Shown here in pieces: positions 9,042 to 19,303 of a stretch of DNA of 64,000 nt (position 1 is its first letter; each line of letters starts with the position of its first letter). Made by a program: the position numbers and the translations under genes. Under the pieces are notes generated by a model, which saw only the letters and a program-made list of their open reading frames with translations, did no database searches and was not told the origin of the DNA. This DNA is from an uncultured Chloroflexia bacterium (lineage in GTDB: Bacteria > Chloroflexota > Anaerolineae > CG2-30-64-16), in NCBI GenBank assembly GCA_963810095.1, contig CAWEMM010000009.1:192001-256000 (forward strand), read 5' to 3'.

Positions 9042-12000
9042 CTACCGCTGGATCAGCGGCAGGAAGATCCTGTAGGGTAGCGCCGGCGCTGCCCCGAAGG
9101 AGAAGGCCTCATTGATAGCCGTCGCGGCGATGCCCGGAGCCGTGCTGCCTCCGACCACATAGACGGTGGCGCCGATGGCCCCACCCGCGGCCCCGTGCCT
9201 TGCCGTCGGCATCGGGGTCAGCGTGCGCCAGCTATTGTCCGCCGGATCGAATTCCTCGTTCGCGTCGAACACGCCGTTTGCGTTCTCGCCGCCGATGACG
9301 AGCGCCCGGCCGTTCAGCACCGCGACGACCGGCGCCCGGCGCCCCGTCGGCATGTCATTCAGCGTCAGTTCGGTCCACGTGCCTTTGGTCGGATCGAACA
9401 TCTCCACGGAAGTCGGCGTGCTCACGCTTTCGCCTCCACCCGAGAAGCGCGTGCGGCCGCCGAACACGTAGATCTTGCCGTTGAGAACTGCCGAGCCCGG
9501 GTTGTCGCGCGCCACGACCAGGGACGGCCCGCTCCGCCAACTGTTGTTGGCGGGATTGAAGATCTCGACGCTGGCCAGTGACACGCCGGCCGCGTCCATG
9601 CCGCCGATGACCCAGATCTCGTTGTTGAGCACCTGGGCCGTCGCCCCGCCACGCCCCGTAGCAAGGGGCGGCAGATCGGTCCACGTGTTGTTCGTCGTGT
9701 CGTAAACCGCTGCATTCGGGACCGCGCCGCTAAAGGGCATGCTCGATCCACCGAAGACGAAGAGCTTGTTGCCCAGGGCGACGGCGGCCGGGTTCTCGAC
9801 CGCGGGGTAGGTGGCCGGCACGTCTGCGCCGGTCGACCAGCTATCCGTCGCCGGATCGTAGATGCGCAAGCTCTTCTTCGGTCCGACGCCGTCTTTGCCC
9901 ATGACAAGATAGAGCTTGTTGTTCAGCACCGCGCTCCCCGCGTCGAGCAGGGCCGTCGTCATCGGCTTCTTATTCGTCCAGCTCCCCACCGGCTTGGGCG
10001 TGAGGACGGTGATCTTCCCCCCACCTGTGGCCGAGCCGTGTTCGCCCACGTACAAGCGGCCGTCTGGCCCCTCGGTAAGCGGCAGCGGGTCCATGAAGCC
10101 GGTCACCAGCCGTTCTGAGAGCACGACGCTTTTGCCGTCCGGCGACAGCTTGACGCGCACAATGTCGTCACCCACGGAGTAGTTGGTGATCAGGAGGTCG
10201 CCCTGGAGCTGGCCGCCAAACGCGTTGGAGCGGTAGGCGATGATGGCGTTGGCCGACTTGTTCATGCCCAGGTTGAGGAGCGGCGGCACGTAATTGGGCA
10301 GCGGGGCAACGCCTTGCCAATGGCCGTCCTTGAAGACGCATTCGTTGCGATACGGATTGGGATGGCCGTAGTACTTGCCCTGGAAAATGATGTTCAGCAG
10401 GTCGGGCTGGATGCCCGGATCGTCCACCGCCAGATCGCCGGGGCCGGTGCAAGGCGGCGTTGGGCTCGGCGGGTACGTGCCGAGGACGCCCAGGCCGTTA
10501 TCCGGCCCGTAGATGTTGCCGTTCGGATGGAACACGAAGTCGTACATGTTCCGCGTCCCGGTGGAGTAAGTGCGCACGTCGCACGTCGCCGGGATGTCGA
10601 AGCTCCCGAGCGGCGTCGCGCAGTCGCCCTTGAACCCCGGCGCCTTGACGTCGGCCACCAGGAGCGCGGCAGACAGCGGCTGTTCGACCCGGTCGCCGAA
10701 CTCGTTGTTGGCGCTGTTCGGCGCACCGGTGCCCGTGTTGCCGCCCTGGGCGATGTAGAGCTTGCCGTCCGGCCCGAAGTGGAGCGAATTGGTCGAGTGG
10801 TTAGCCAACGCGCGCGGTAGGCCGGTGATGATGTCCTCGCGCTGGAAGGCCGGGCCGGCGAAGCGCGAGACGATGCCCGAGTTCGGCGCGCCGGCGAACA
10901 TGCCGTTGTTCATCGTCCCATCAGAGTGTGCGACCCACAGGATCTCGTTGGCCGCCGTCGACGCGGGATCTTCCGTAATCCCGAGTACGAGCCTGCCGGT
11001 CAGCGTGTGAATCAGGTCGTTGCTCGCCACCGTGAGGTCCGGGTTGAACCGGATGGCCCGGATGTTGCCCCAGGTCTCCGTCGCATAGAGTCGCCCGTCC
11101 TTCGCCATGACGAGCGACGACGGGTAGCTAAACGGAATCGAGGTGCGGTCAAAGGCGAATGCACCCGCCGAAGGGCCGATGGGCTGTGAGGTCAAGGAGA
11201 AGTTGTCGAACTGGAATACTGTGGGTCCGCCGGCAAAGCGGTGCGTCGCGAACACGCCGCCGAACACGCGCGTCCCAAGCGCGGGGTCGATGCCCGCCGC
11301 ATCCGCATTGAAGAGCCCCGGCGGCACGTCGAAGGTGCTCATCTCCGCGTAGCTTACCCCATCCAGGCTATAGAAGCCGGTCATGGTGTGAGCGACAGGG
11401 TCGCCGCGCATCCGGAGATATACCTTGGTCGTGCCAGCAGGGAACGCAGCGCCCACAACCTGCTGCTGTGTCACGCCCGCCCGTTCCTCCACGAACTGCG
11501 CCCGCGTGCCCGCAGGGTCGTAGACGACGACCAGCTTCAGGTAGTTGTCGTTGTCGATGCCGTACCAGAGGCCGGCCTGCTGGAAGTTCGGAACCAGCGC
11601 CGGCAAGTTGACGACGGTGGTGTCCAGGATCGAGATCTGGTCCGCCGCGTCGATGCCCACGCCCAGGGCATTGTCCTGGTTGTTGGCTGCTTGGGTCGCA
11701 ATGCCGGCTGTCGTCGTGATCTTTAGCACGCTGGCCGCCGTGTCGACCTCGAGATTGGCAGGGATGTACCCCGTGCCACCCGCCGTGGGCTTGTCCACCC
11801 AGGTGAACCCCGTGCCGACGCCGTTACCGGCCTGCAACCCACCGTGATCTGCGCTGAAGTCGAGCACGTACGGCGCGGCCACCTTGACCTGGGTACAGTC
11901 AAGGGGGGCGCAATTGGTGTCCGGCGCCAGTACGACCAGGTTCGCCGTGATGCTGGCGGGGGCGAGGCCCTCTGCCGTGGCCGTCAGGGTCGCAGTGTAT

Positions 12001-12782
12001 CTGCCGGGCGCCATATCCTGCGCGTTGAATTCGACGATCTGCGAGCCCGGGGCCACGCCCTGTTTCGGATCGCCGATGGGCGAGTCCGACTTCAAGCGGA
12101 GCCAGGGAGCGTCAGACTCGATGCTGTAGCGGACGACGCCGCCCTGGTTGGTCATCATCTGGAGCGCGCGCTCGGTGCGTCCTCCGGGCAGGAGCGTTTC
12201 CTCGAGCGGCATCGCGTCGAAGAGTAGGGCCGGGCCCCCGTTGTGGACCTGCACACGGGTGGTCTTGATGATCGTGCGGCCGTCCGCGAGGTCAATCGCT
12301 GCGACGATGGTGTGTGGACCGTCGGGTAACGTACCCGTGTCGAAGCGTCCCTGGCGCCCGAGCGTGAACGGTGCCTGGTTCGCAACCGCAAATGGTTCCG
12401 CAGATGACGTCAGCGTTTCGATCGAGCCCGCCGGCGGATCGATGTAGTAGCGGACGCGTTCGATTCCTACCGCAGGCGCAATAGCGATACTGGGCGTCCC
12501 TGCCAGAACACCGACCTCCGAAACCGGCGCGTCCCGGTCGGGCGCAACTTTCAGCCGCAGTTCATAGTTTTCTGTCCCCGGTCCCGCTTGAGAAGCGGGT
12601 GTCGCCGGTTGCGGTGCCGCGTGCACAGGCGCCAGCGGCAAAACGAGAAGCGCGAACATCACCAACAGCGGGGCCCAACGGCGGACTCGACCCATTCCCC
12701 CGGCGCGCGAAGTGCGTCCGTCGCGCGCGGCCGAATGTGTCATCCCGCGAGAAGTCTTCTCACCGGGTCGACCCTCAGTCAT
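9042..12782 (-). CDS. Large secreted multidomain protein: Ig/BACON-like, ConA-like, glucose/sorbosone-dehydrogenase-type propeller, six Kelch repeats, C-terminal FLPLI motif
   Basis: Signal peptide (WAPLLVMFALLVLPLAPVHA); NHSTNSLHFGPDGKLYIAQG and GTRNMYD (GSDH-like); Kelch GG..Y/FDP..W repeats; ends YRIFLPLIQR. Confidence 0.8.
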   Translation of the reverse strand: MTEGRPGEKTSRGMTHSAARDGRTSRAGGMGRVRRWAPLLVMFALLVLPLAPVHAAPQPATPASQAGPGTENYELRLKVAPDRDAPVSEVGVLAGTPSIAIAPAVGIERVRYYIDPPAGSIETLTSSAEPFAVANQAPFTLGRQGRFDTGTLPDGPHTIVAAIDLADGRTIIKTTRVQVHNGGPALLFDAMPLEETLLPGGRTERALQMMTNQGGVVRYSIESDAPWLRLKSDSPIGDPKQGVAPGSQIVEFNAQDMAPGRYTATLTATAEGLAPASITANLVVLAPDTNCAPLDCTQVKVAAPYVLDFSADHGGLQAGNGVGTGFTWVDKPTAGGTGYIPANLEVDTAASVLKITTTAGIATQAANNQDNALGVGIDAADQISILDTTVVNLPALVPNFQQAGLWYGIDNDNYLKLVVVYDPAGTRAQFVEERAGVTQQQVVGAAFPAGTTKVYLRMRGDPVAHTMTGFYSLDGVSYAEMSTFDVPPGLFNADAAGIDPALGTRVFGGVFATHRFAGGPTVFQFDNFSLTSQPIGPSAGAFAFDRTSIPFSYPSSLVMAKDGRLYATETWGNIRAIRFNPDLTVASNDLIHTLTGRLVLGITEDPASTAANEILWVAHSDGTMNNGMFAGAPNSGIVSRFAGPAFQREDIITGLPRALANHSTNSLHFGPDGKLYIAQGGNTGTGAPNSANNEFGDRVEQPLSAALLVADVKAPGFKGDCATPLGSFDIPATCDVRTYSTGTRNMYDFVFHPNGNIYGPDNGLGVLGTYPPSPTPPCTGPGDLAVDDPGIQPDLLNIIFQGKYYGHPNPYRNECVFKDGHWQGVAPLPNYVPPLLNLGMNKSANAIIAYRSNAFGGQLQGDLLITNYSVGDDIVRVKLSPDGKSVVLSERLVTGFMDPLPLTEGPDGRLYVGEHGSATGGGKITVLTPKPVGSWTNKKPMTTALLDAGSAVLNNKLYLVMGKDGVGPKKSLRIYDPATDSWSTGADVPATYPAVENPAAVALGNKLFVFGGSSMPFSGAVPNAAVYDTTNNTWTDLPPLATGRGGATAQVLNNEIWVIGGMDAAGVSLASVEIFNPANNSWRSGPSLVVARDNPGSAVLNGKIYVFGGRTRFSGGGESVSTPTSVEMFDPTKGTWTELTLNDMPTGRRAPVVAVLNGRALVIGGENANGVFDANEEFDPADNSWRTLTPMPTARHGAAGGAIGATVYVVGGSTAPGIAATAINEAFSFGAAPALPYRIFLPLIQR

Positions 12783-13112
12783 CTTACCCTCCATATATAG
12801 TTGTGCTCGATACGACTTATCCGTCGATCTCAATACGGCGAAGCAATCCCTGCAGAAGTCGGGGCCTGCACGCTCTAGTACACCACTCAGCGCGGCGTTT
12901 GTCATCGGCCCGGCGACCGAGGCGCGTGCTTCATTTGTCCCATTTGTTGCAGGTTGGCGCCTCACACGCACATCCATGGGAACACCGTCGGACCTAACCT
13001 CGTTATTATCGACTGGAAGGATCGGGTCTCAGTCCTGGTCTGAATCGCGCGCGTCGGTCGGCTGCTCGACCAGAGAATAACTGGATCACCGATCCGGTGA
13101 ATTGACGGGTTC

Positions 13113-14390
13113 ATGAAGCTAATTCGAAATGCAATCGCGCTCGTGGGGACCCAGGCGGTCACCTCGCTGCTGGGTTTCGTCTACTGGTGGTTGGCGGCGC
13201 GCCGTTTTCCGGCGTCGGAAGTCGGCGTCGCTTCTGCCACGGTCTCCGCGATGACGTTACTGGGCACACTTGGCATGTTGGGACTCGGGACCCTGCTGAT
13301 CGGCGAGCTGCCACGACAGCGCGGCCGCGCGCCCCAAATGGTGACGACGTCCGTCCTCGTCGCCGGTGGAGCGAGCGCAGCGTTTGCGTTGCTCTTCGCA
13401 TTTCTCGCGCCCCTGATCTCCGCCGAGCTGAGCTTCCTGGCTACGAACGTCCAGCATCTCGGCGTCTTCGTCGTGGGGGCGGCCGTCACAAGCATGAGCC
13501 TGGTGCTCGATCAAGCCGCGGTCGGCGTGATGCGCAGCAGCCTTCAATTCTGGCGCAACCTGATCTTCTCGGCGGTGAAACTGCTGGCCCTCGTGGTCCT
13601 GGCACTCTGGCTGCACGAGGTGGCCGGTTTCAGCATCTTTGCGACCTGGGTGCTGGGGATCCTGGTCTCGCTGGCGGCGGTGGTATTGATCGAGATTGCG
13701 CTGGGGAAGTTCCATGCTGGGTACCGGCCGCGTTGGGAAGTGCTGCAAGGCAAGGGGCGCTCGGCGCTGCAGCACCACGGGCTCAACCTGGTGCTGCTCG
13801 GCCCGGGCCTCTTCCTGCCGTTGGTCGTGACCGCAATGCTCTCGGCCGAGATCAACGCGTATTTTTACACGGCCTGGATGATCAACAATATCGTGATGTT
13901 CGTCCCCGTGGCGCTGGGCACAATCCTTTACGCGGGAGGCTCGGAGCACCCCGAGAATCTGCGGCGTACCCTGAGAATGACACTCGGCGTCTCGCTGGCC
14001 TATGGGCTGGTCATGAACCTCGTCGTACTAGTGGCCGGACCGCGGCTGCTGGGATTCTTCGGCCCCGCCTATCAGCAAGCCGCGCCGACGTTGGTTATTC
14101 TCAACCTGAGCGTCATCCCGGTCATCATCAGCGAGCACTTCGTCGCGTTGCGGCGCATCGAGCGGCGGCCTGAGAGCGCGCTGCTGCCGCTGGGGTTGAG
14201 CAGCGTGCTCAAGATCGTCGGCGCGGCAATCGGCGCGCGGGTGGCGGGATTGACCGGCCTGAGCGTCGGCATCGTGGTCGCAAGCTACGTAGTCGCCGTC
14301 TTTCTGCTGCCGGCCGTGCTAAAGGTATTTGGGGCGGGCGAATGGCTCAAGTCCCGAGCGTGGCGCGGAAGTCAAGGGGACCCGCTGTAG
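13113..14390 (+). CDS. Oligosaccharide flippase (Wzx/MOP superfamily)
   Basis: About 12 TM helices; N-terminal 'LIRNAIAL..TSLLGFVYWWLAARRF..EVG'. Confidence 0.85.
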   Translation: MKLIRNAIALVGTQAVTSLLGFVYWWLAARRFPASEVGVASATVSAMTLLGTLGMLGLGTLLIGELPRQRGRAPQMVTTSVLVAGGASAAFALLFAFLAPLISAELSFLATNVQHLGVFVVGAAVTSMSLVLDQAAVGVMRSSLQFWRNLIFSAVKLLALVVLALWLHEVAGFSIFATWVLGILVSLAAVVLIEIALGKFHAGYRPRWEVLQGKGRSALQHHGLNLVLLGPGLFLPLVVTAMLSAEINAYFYTAWMINNIVMFVPVALGTILYAGGSEHPENLRRTLRMTLGVSLAYGLVMNLVVLVAGPRLLGFFGPAYQQAAPTLVILNLSVIPVIISEHFVALRRIERRPESALLPLGLSSVLKIVGAAIGARVAGLTGLSVGIVVASYVVAVFLLPAVLKVFGAGEWLKSRAWRGSQGDPL

Positions 14391-14423
14391 CGCAATCGTT
14401 CTCTCCTGCTAAGGACTGCTTAA

Positions 14424-15605
14424 GTGACACGAATGACAAGGGCTGAGGCGCCGCGGCGCATGGCAGGTGGCTTGCTTGGGCTCTACGCCCTGGCGATTTT
14501 CTTGTGGAGCATCTGGCGCGGTCGCAGCGCGGCCCGGAAGCCGGTCGCAGCGGCGCCAGCGGATAACGGCAATTGGCCGTTCGTGTCTATCATCATCCCG
14601 GCGTGGCGCGATCGCGCGGCCCTCGAAGCCTGCCTGCGCTCGCTCCGGGAGGTCGACTATCCGGACTACGAGGTGATCCTTGTGGCCGGCGGCCCCGACG
14701 GGACGTACGCTGCCGCTTGCGCTGCCGCGGCGGGCGACCGGCGCATCCAGGCCATCGAGCAGCTTCCGCGGGGCAAAAACGCCGCGCTGAACCAGGGCCT
14801 CACTGCGGCCAGTGCCGGCACGCTGGTCCTGCTGGACGCCGACTCCGAAGTATCGCCGGAATGGCTTAAGGGGTTGGTGGGCGCGCTGCAAAGAGATGTT
14901 GCCGCGAGCACAGGTAATTATGTGCCCATGCACGAGACGCCGGTTTCCCTGTGGGGCGACCTCGCAAAGGTCTACGAGTACGAGGTGCGCGGCCGGGTGA
15001 TTCTGCAGGGCAGCGGCGGCATCGCAGTACGCAGGGAAGCGCTCGAGGTCATCGGTCCGTTCCCCGAGGAGCGCATCTCGAGCGATTGGGACCTGGACGC
15101 CCGGCTCGCGCTCGGCGGCTACCCGCGGGTGTTCGTGCCCGGGGCCACCATCCGATCGCACCGGCCCGCAACGGTGCGCGAGTGGTGGCGGAACGAGTTG
15201 CGCTGGCGGAGGCTGCATCTGCGTTCGTTGTTCCGGCTAAAGGACGGCCTCCTGTCCGACCCTGCCCAAGCACTGCGGCACTTTTATCCGTATATCGCCT
15301 CGTGGACGGCGGCGGCTGCGACGGGCGCGGCGCTCGGCGCACAGCTAACGGGCTCGGCACGCCTGCGCGAGGCCTCCTGGTTGGGTTGGGGCCTGCTGAC
15401 CTCGCTCTTTCTGTCTCGTGACGTGGCGCCGGTGGTTTCCGTCATCGCATTCCGGCCGTCGAAACGCTGGCTGCCCCTGGTTCCCCTCGCGCCCGTCATG
15501 AGCATCATGACCTGGGCGGCCTGCCTCGTGGCTTCTGTGACGCGCAACCGCGCTGCGCTGCAGTTTAAGGGTGCACGGTCTGGAGCGACCGCCCCGCGCA
15601 AGTAG
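14424..15605 (+). CDS. Membrane-anchored glycosyltransferase family 2
   Basis: VSIIIPA, GKNAALN, LLDADS (DxD), ELRW in place of QxxRW, flanking TM helices. Confidence 0.85.
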   Translation: MTRMTRAEAPRRMAGGLLGLYALAIFLWSIWRGRSAARKPVAAAPADNGNWPFVSIIIPAWRDRAALEACLRSLREVDYPDYEVILVAGGPDGTYAAACAAAAGDRRIQAIEQLPRGKNAALNQGLTAASAGTLVLLDADSEVSPEWLKGLVGALQRDVAASTGNYVPMHETPVSLWGDLAKVYEYEVRGRVILQGSGGIAVRREALEVIGPFPEERISSDWDLDARLALGGYPRVFVPGATIRSHRPATVREWWRNELRWRRLHLRSLFRLKDGLLSDPAQALRHFYPYIASWTAAAATGAALGAQLTGSARLREASWLGWGLLTSLFLSRDVAPVVSVIAFRPSKRWLPLVPLAPVMSIMTWAACLVASVTRNRAALQFKGARSGATAPRK

Positions 15606-15701
15606 ACTATTCATTTCTCGCTCGTCCCTACGGCCGGTGCTTGTGGTACACTCACTCCCGGAGAGTGTCACCGCGCGAAGCGACCCACCGGAGGAGGCGC
15701 T

Positions 15702-16328
15702 ATGCAAACAATTGACCTGAAGAAGCTGTACAAGCCCCTGTATTTGCCACCCGCCGGCAAAGTGATGCTCGTTGACGTCCCCGAGCTTCAGTTCCTCATG
15801 ATTGATGGCGCGATCGAGCAAGGCGAGGGGCCGGGAACTTCGCCCGGCTTCGAGCAAGCCATGGGCGCCCTCTACGGCGCAGCTTATACGCTGAAGTTCA
15901 TGCTGAAGAAGCGTGAGACGGATCCCGTCGATTACCCCGTCATGGCGCTCGAAGGGCTCTGGCGCATCGCGTCCGGCGAGTTCGATCCCCTCGTCAAGGA
16001 TAATTGGACCTACACCCTGATGATTCTCACGGCCGACGTCGTCACCCAGGACGATTTTCGCCGCGCCGTCGCCCAACTGGACGCCAAGAAGCCGAATCCG
16101 GCAAACCGGGCGCTGCGCCTCGAGCGCTTCCGCGAGGGGTTGTGCGTCCAGGCGCTGCACCTGGGGCCCTACGCGACCGAGCCGGCAACCCTCGAGCGGA
16201 TGCGGCAACTGGCCGAGGCAGAAGGGTACACGCTGCGCCACGGTCATCACGAGATCTACATGGGCGACCCCCGCCGCGCCGATCCTGAGAAGCTGAAGAC
16301 GGTCTTGCGCTATCCAATCGAGAAGTGA
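15702..16328 (+). CDS. GyrI-like small-molecule-binding domain protein
   Basis: DLKKLYKPLY, ALEGLW, WTYTLMI, LHLGPYATE and HHEIYMGDPRR. Confidence 0.88.
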   Translation: MQTIDLKKLYKPLYLPPAGKVMLVDVPELQFLMIDGAIEQGEGPGTSPGFEQAMGALYGAAYTLKFMLKKRETDPVDYPVMALEGLWRIASGEFDPLVKDNWTYTLMILTADVVTQDDFRRAVAQLDAKKPNPANRALRLERFREGLCVQALHLGPYATEPATLERMRQLAEAEGYTLRHGHHEIYMGDPRRADPEKLKTVLRYPIEK

Positions 16329-16427
16329 TAGAAATTCTGTTTTAGGAGTCTCCTTTACTGACCGTATGTTCTATCGTGCTAGACTACTGTCATATTGTAT
16401 TGAACTAGACGGAGGCTCCGTATTGAT

Positions 16428-16868
16428 ATGGCGACTAACAACGGGAACAATAACGCCGGGACAAACGGGGATGCCACACGCAGCACCGATCTGCGCGATT
16501 CCCCGATGATGCGACACTTGCTCGATGCACTCGAAGAGGGCACCGACATCGGGCAGTATGGGCGACTGGTCTTTGCGATGGTCGCGCGGCACTTCATGGA
16601 CGAGGACGAGATCACGCGGCTGCTGGCCGGCCAACCCAGTATGGACGAGCAGCAGGCCAAAGCAATGGTGCTCCAGGTGCAGGGTCGTGACTACAACCCG
16701 CCCAAGCGGCAGCGCATTCTCGAATGGCAGGCGCAGCAGGACTTCCCCATCTGCCCCGAGCCGGACGACCCGCAGGCGTGCAACGTCTATCGCGAACTGC
16801 AGTTCCCCGACGAGATCTACGAGCGGATCGGGGAGTTCTGGGAAGAGAAGGCCAGGGCCGAAGAGTAG
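16428..16868 (+). CDS. Conserved hypothetical protein resembling the primase large subunit (PriL/PriX) C-terminal domain
   Basis: GGAGG SD and own terminator; pattern MRHLLDAL..G.DIG.YGR..F......M..DEI..L....P..DE......V......YNPP........ICP matches PriL-CTD by eye. Confidence 0.7.
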   Translation: MATNNGNNNAGTNGDATRSTDLRDSPMMRHLLDALEEGTDIGQYGRLVFAMVARHFMDEDEITRLLAGQPSMDEQQAKAMVLQVQGRDYNPPKRQRILEWQAQQDFPICPEPDDPQACNVYRELQFPDEIYERIGEFWEEKARAEE

Positions 16869-16888
16869 GCCCTGAGGTCGAGGTACAC

Positions 16889-16925
16889 GCGGGAGCAGTG
16901 CACGATGACTGCTCCCGCTTTTTTT
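16889..16925 (+). terminator. Intrinsic terminator
   Basis: GCGGGAGCAGT-loop-ACTGCTCCCGC plus T7. Confidence 0.9.
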
Positions 16926-17040
16926 GTGTCCGACCGGGACGTAGAGCAGCTCGCGCCCTTTTCATAACGACGACGTCTTAACGTGCAGGGTCGGGACGCA
17001 TTCAGTGTCCTCGACCGCGCGAGGAAGGAGGACCTCACAG

Positions 17041-17460
17041 ATGAGACGCATGTACGGCTTGATTTGTCTTGTGGCCATCGTCGCAATGCTGCTCGTTGCC
17101 GCGCCGGCTTCGGCCGCGCCGTCGGCGACCGGCGGTGGCTCTGGTTGCGGCCAGTTCTACACGGTCCGCTGGGGCGACACGCTTAACAAGATCGCGGTCC
17201 GTTACGGCACGACGGTCGCCGCACTGATGAACCTGAACGGCATCACGAACCCGAACAAGATCACCGCCGGGCAGACCCTCTGCGTCAAGCCTGGCGGCGC
17301 CGTACCCTGGGGCTTTCTGTACACCGTGAAGGCTGGCGACACGCTCTATTCGATCGCCCGGCGTTACGGCTGGAGCGCCGCATACCTGGCCTCGGTCAAT
17401 CACATTTCGAACCCTAACCGGATCTACATCGGCCAGGTCCTGCTGATTCCCTACCACTAA
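17041..17460 (+). CDS. Secreted protein with two LysM domains
   Basis: Signal peptide; [24 protein letters not shown] and [24 protein letters not shown]. Confidence 0.93.
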   Translation: MRRMYGLICLVAIVAMLLVAAPASAAPSATGGGSGCGQFYTVRWGDTLNKIAVRYGTTVAALMNLNGITNPNKITAGQTLCVKPGGAVPWGFLYTVKAGDTLYSIARRYGWSAAYLASVNHISNPNRIYIGQVLLIPYH

Positions 17461-17471
17461 GTCTCTACCGC

Positions 17472-17571
17472 GAAATGGGACACTGATGCCACTGATTGGC
17501 CTGATCCCCACGGTCCTTTGGGAAAAAGACCGTGATAATCAGTCCGATCCGTCGAATCAGTGTCCTATTTC
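17472..17571. repeat. REPIN/MITE-like inverted-repeat element, family A, copy 1
   Basis: GAAATGGGACACTGAT...ATCAGTGTCCTATTTC termini with CTGAT at 9-bp spacing; homologous copies at 30502 and 61387. Confidence 0.85.
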
Positions 17572-17591
17572 AATCCCGCCTCGGATGAGCC

Positions 17592-18497
17592 TCAAGCCCT
17601 CGCAAGAATCTGAGCGAGCACCAAGACCCCCGGCGCGCCGCCGTCGCCATCTTCGATACTCCAACAGGCCGACAAGACCGCGCCCACGAGTGCGCAGGCA
17701 ACGAGGCGCTGCCGATCAAGCCCCAACAGTTCGCGGAGAATGTCGAGGCGCCTGCGTGTGACCCGCTCCAGATCCGGCCATCCAAGCACGTCGGGCGGAT
17801 TGTACAGCAGGGGACCCACCTCGAAGGCGGGCTCGGCGGCCACGCCTTTCGGGTCGATCACCAGCCACGGCTCGCGTTCGCCGCGCAACACGTTCCAGTG
17901 GTGAAAGTCACCGTGGATCAGGACCGGCGGGTGCGCGTCGGTCAGCAGTTCACCGAGCAACCCAAGCGCAGTGGCAATCATCGCGGGCGGCAGAGGTCCC
18001 TCGCCCTTTGTCGCCACGTGACGTTCGGGATATTGGCGCAAAGCCCGCGTCCAGCGCGCCAGGTCGGGAAACCGGTGCTGAGGTGGCAGGGGGCGCCACA
18101 GCTTCTGCATCATCTGCCCCGCCACTAACGTCGCCTCGTCGTCATCCGGCAGTCCGGCCAGAGGTTCTCCGGGCCGCACGCGCTCCATCAGCAACGCACC
18201 CAAATCAGGGTCGGCCTCATACAACGCCGCTGCGCCTTGGCTATCGTACAGCCTCAGCGCTTCGATCTCGCTGGAGAGCTCGGGATTGGGAACGCCCAGC
18301 TTGAGGACGGCTTCCGAACCGTCCGCGCGCACGACGGGGGCGACGTAATTGTAGGAGAGCGGAAAAGGTGCGAGCGCACGAAGGTTCCAGCGCTGTTCGC
18401 AGTATGTGATCAGCGCGGGCAGCCGGGCGAGGAAAGCCGGGCCATCGGTGGGCCAGGCGCCCGTGACCGATAGGACGAAGGCGGGCGGTAGCTCCAC
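17592..18497 (-). CDS. Aminoglycoside/hydroxyurea antibiotic resistance kinase (APH(6)-like)
   Basis: LSYNYVAP, AVLKL, LLMER, LIHGDFHHWNVL and WLVIDPKG. Confidence 0.88.
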   Translation of the reverse strand: MELPPAFVLSVTGAWPTDGPAFLARLPALITYCEQRWNLRALAPFPLSYNYVAPVVRADGSEAVLKLGVPNPELSSEIEALRLYDSQGAAALYEADPDLGALLMERVRPGEPLAGLPDDDEATLVAGQMMQKLWRPLPPQHRFPDLARWTRALRQYPERHVATKGEGPLPPAMIATALGLLGELLTDAHPPVLIHGDFHHWNVLRGEREPWLVIDPKGVAAEPAFEVGPLLYNPPDVLGWPDLERVTRRRLDILRELLGLDRQRLVACALVGAVLSACWSIEDGDGGAPGVLVLAQILARA

Positions 18498-18499
18498 TG

Positions 18500-19237
18500 C
18501 TACTTGACGATCAATTCGTCGATTTGGATCTGCACGCCTTCTGCGGGGAGCCGGATCACGAGATGGTGGGTGCCGGGCGCGACGGCTGAGAAGAGAAAAT
18601 TGCCGAGTTCGTCAATTTGCGTCGCCGCGCCCAGCTCGCCCTCGTCCATGCTCGCCGCGGCCCCGGTGAAGTCCACAGGACCGGCGACCAGCCCCGCCAC
18701 CGCCCTCCCCGGCAGTCCCATGCGCTCGATCCAGCTGTCGACGGTCACCAGAACGTCCAGGGCGCTATACATCGCGGGCGCAGCTTCCGAGCTGTGGGGT
18801 AGGGCGCGCAGCGCGGGGGCAAAATCAGGCCCGCCCCCGCCCGCACCGGGCCCGACTTGCTGCGCGACGAGGGTGCGGAGCGACCCAAGGACGACTCCGA
18901 CCGCGTCCGCGACGGGCTGGCGCAGGTGCTGCATGAAGGCCGCGAGATCGCCAAGCTCCTTGCGGCAGGCCGGGCAAAGCCGGAGGTGCTCGGCCACCTC
19001 AGCAGCGTGCTGATCGTTTAGCAGGCCCAGGTGGTGCTCGCCGAGAGTGAGGGCGGGGGGACACCCTGCACGGTGAAGCAGCCCTTGCAGGGAGCGCTGC
19101 TCCCGCCGCAGAAGGAACGCCCGCTCCCGGCATGCCCGGCAGGCGGCGATGTGCTCCCGAATAGAAACGCTTGCTGCGTTATCTGCATAGGCCAGAAAGT
19201 CACTGAGTTCTGGCGTCACAGGTCCTATGCAGTCCAT
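18500..19237 (-). CDS. Cytoplasmic anti-sigma factor with two zf-HC2 motifs and a C-terminal beta-sandwich
   Basis: HIAACRAC and HLRLCPAC; C-terminal 'TQIDELGNFLFSAVAPGTHHLVI'; no TM helix; follows the ECF gene. Confidence 0.8.
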   Translation of the reverse strand: MDCIGPVTPELSDFLAYADNAASVSIREHIAACRACRERAFLLRREQRSLQGLLHRAGCPPALTLGEHHLGLLNDQHAAEVAEHLRLCPACRKELGDLAAFMQHLRQPVADAVGVVLGSLRTLVAQQVGPGAGGGGPDFAPALRALPHSSEAAPAMYSALDVLVTVDSWIERMGLPGRAVAGLVAGPVDFTGAAASMDEGELGAATQIDELGNFLFSAVAPGTHHLVIRLPAEGVQIQIDELIVK

Positions 19238-19303
19238 GATTCGATCCTTTCCACCGCTTGATTCAATACTCCTATCATGCTGAACGTCGCAGGCATGGAT
19301 TAT

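Noticed and set aside
17592-18497. Acquired streptomycin-resistance gene
   Set aside because: Generic APH(6)-like family member with host-like composition and no mobile element; substrate cannot be inferred.
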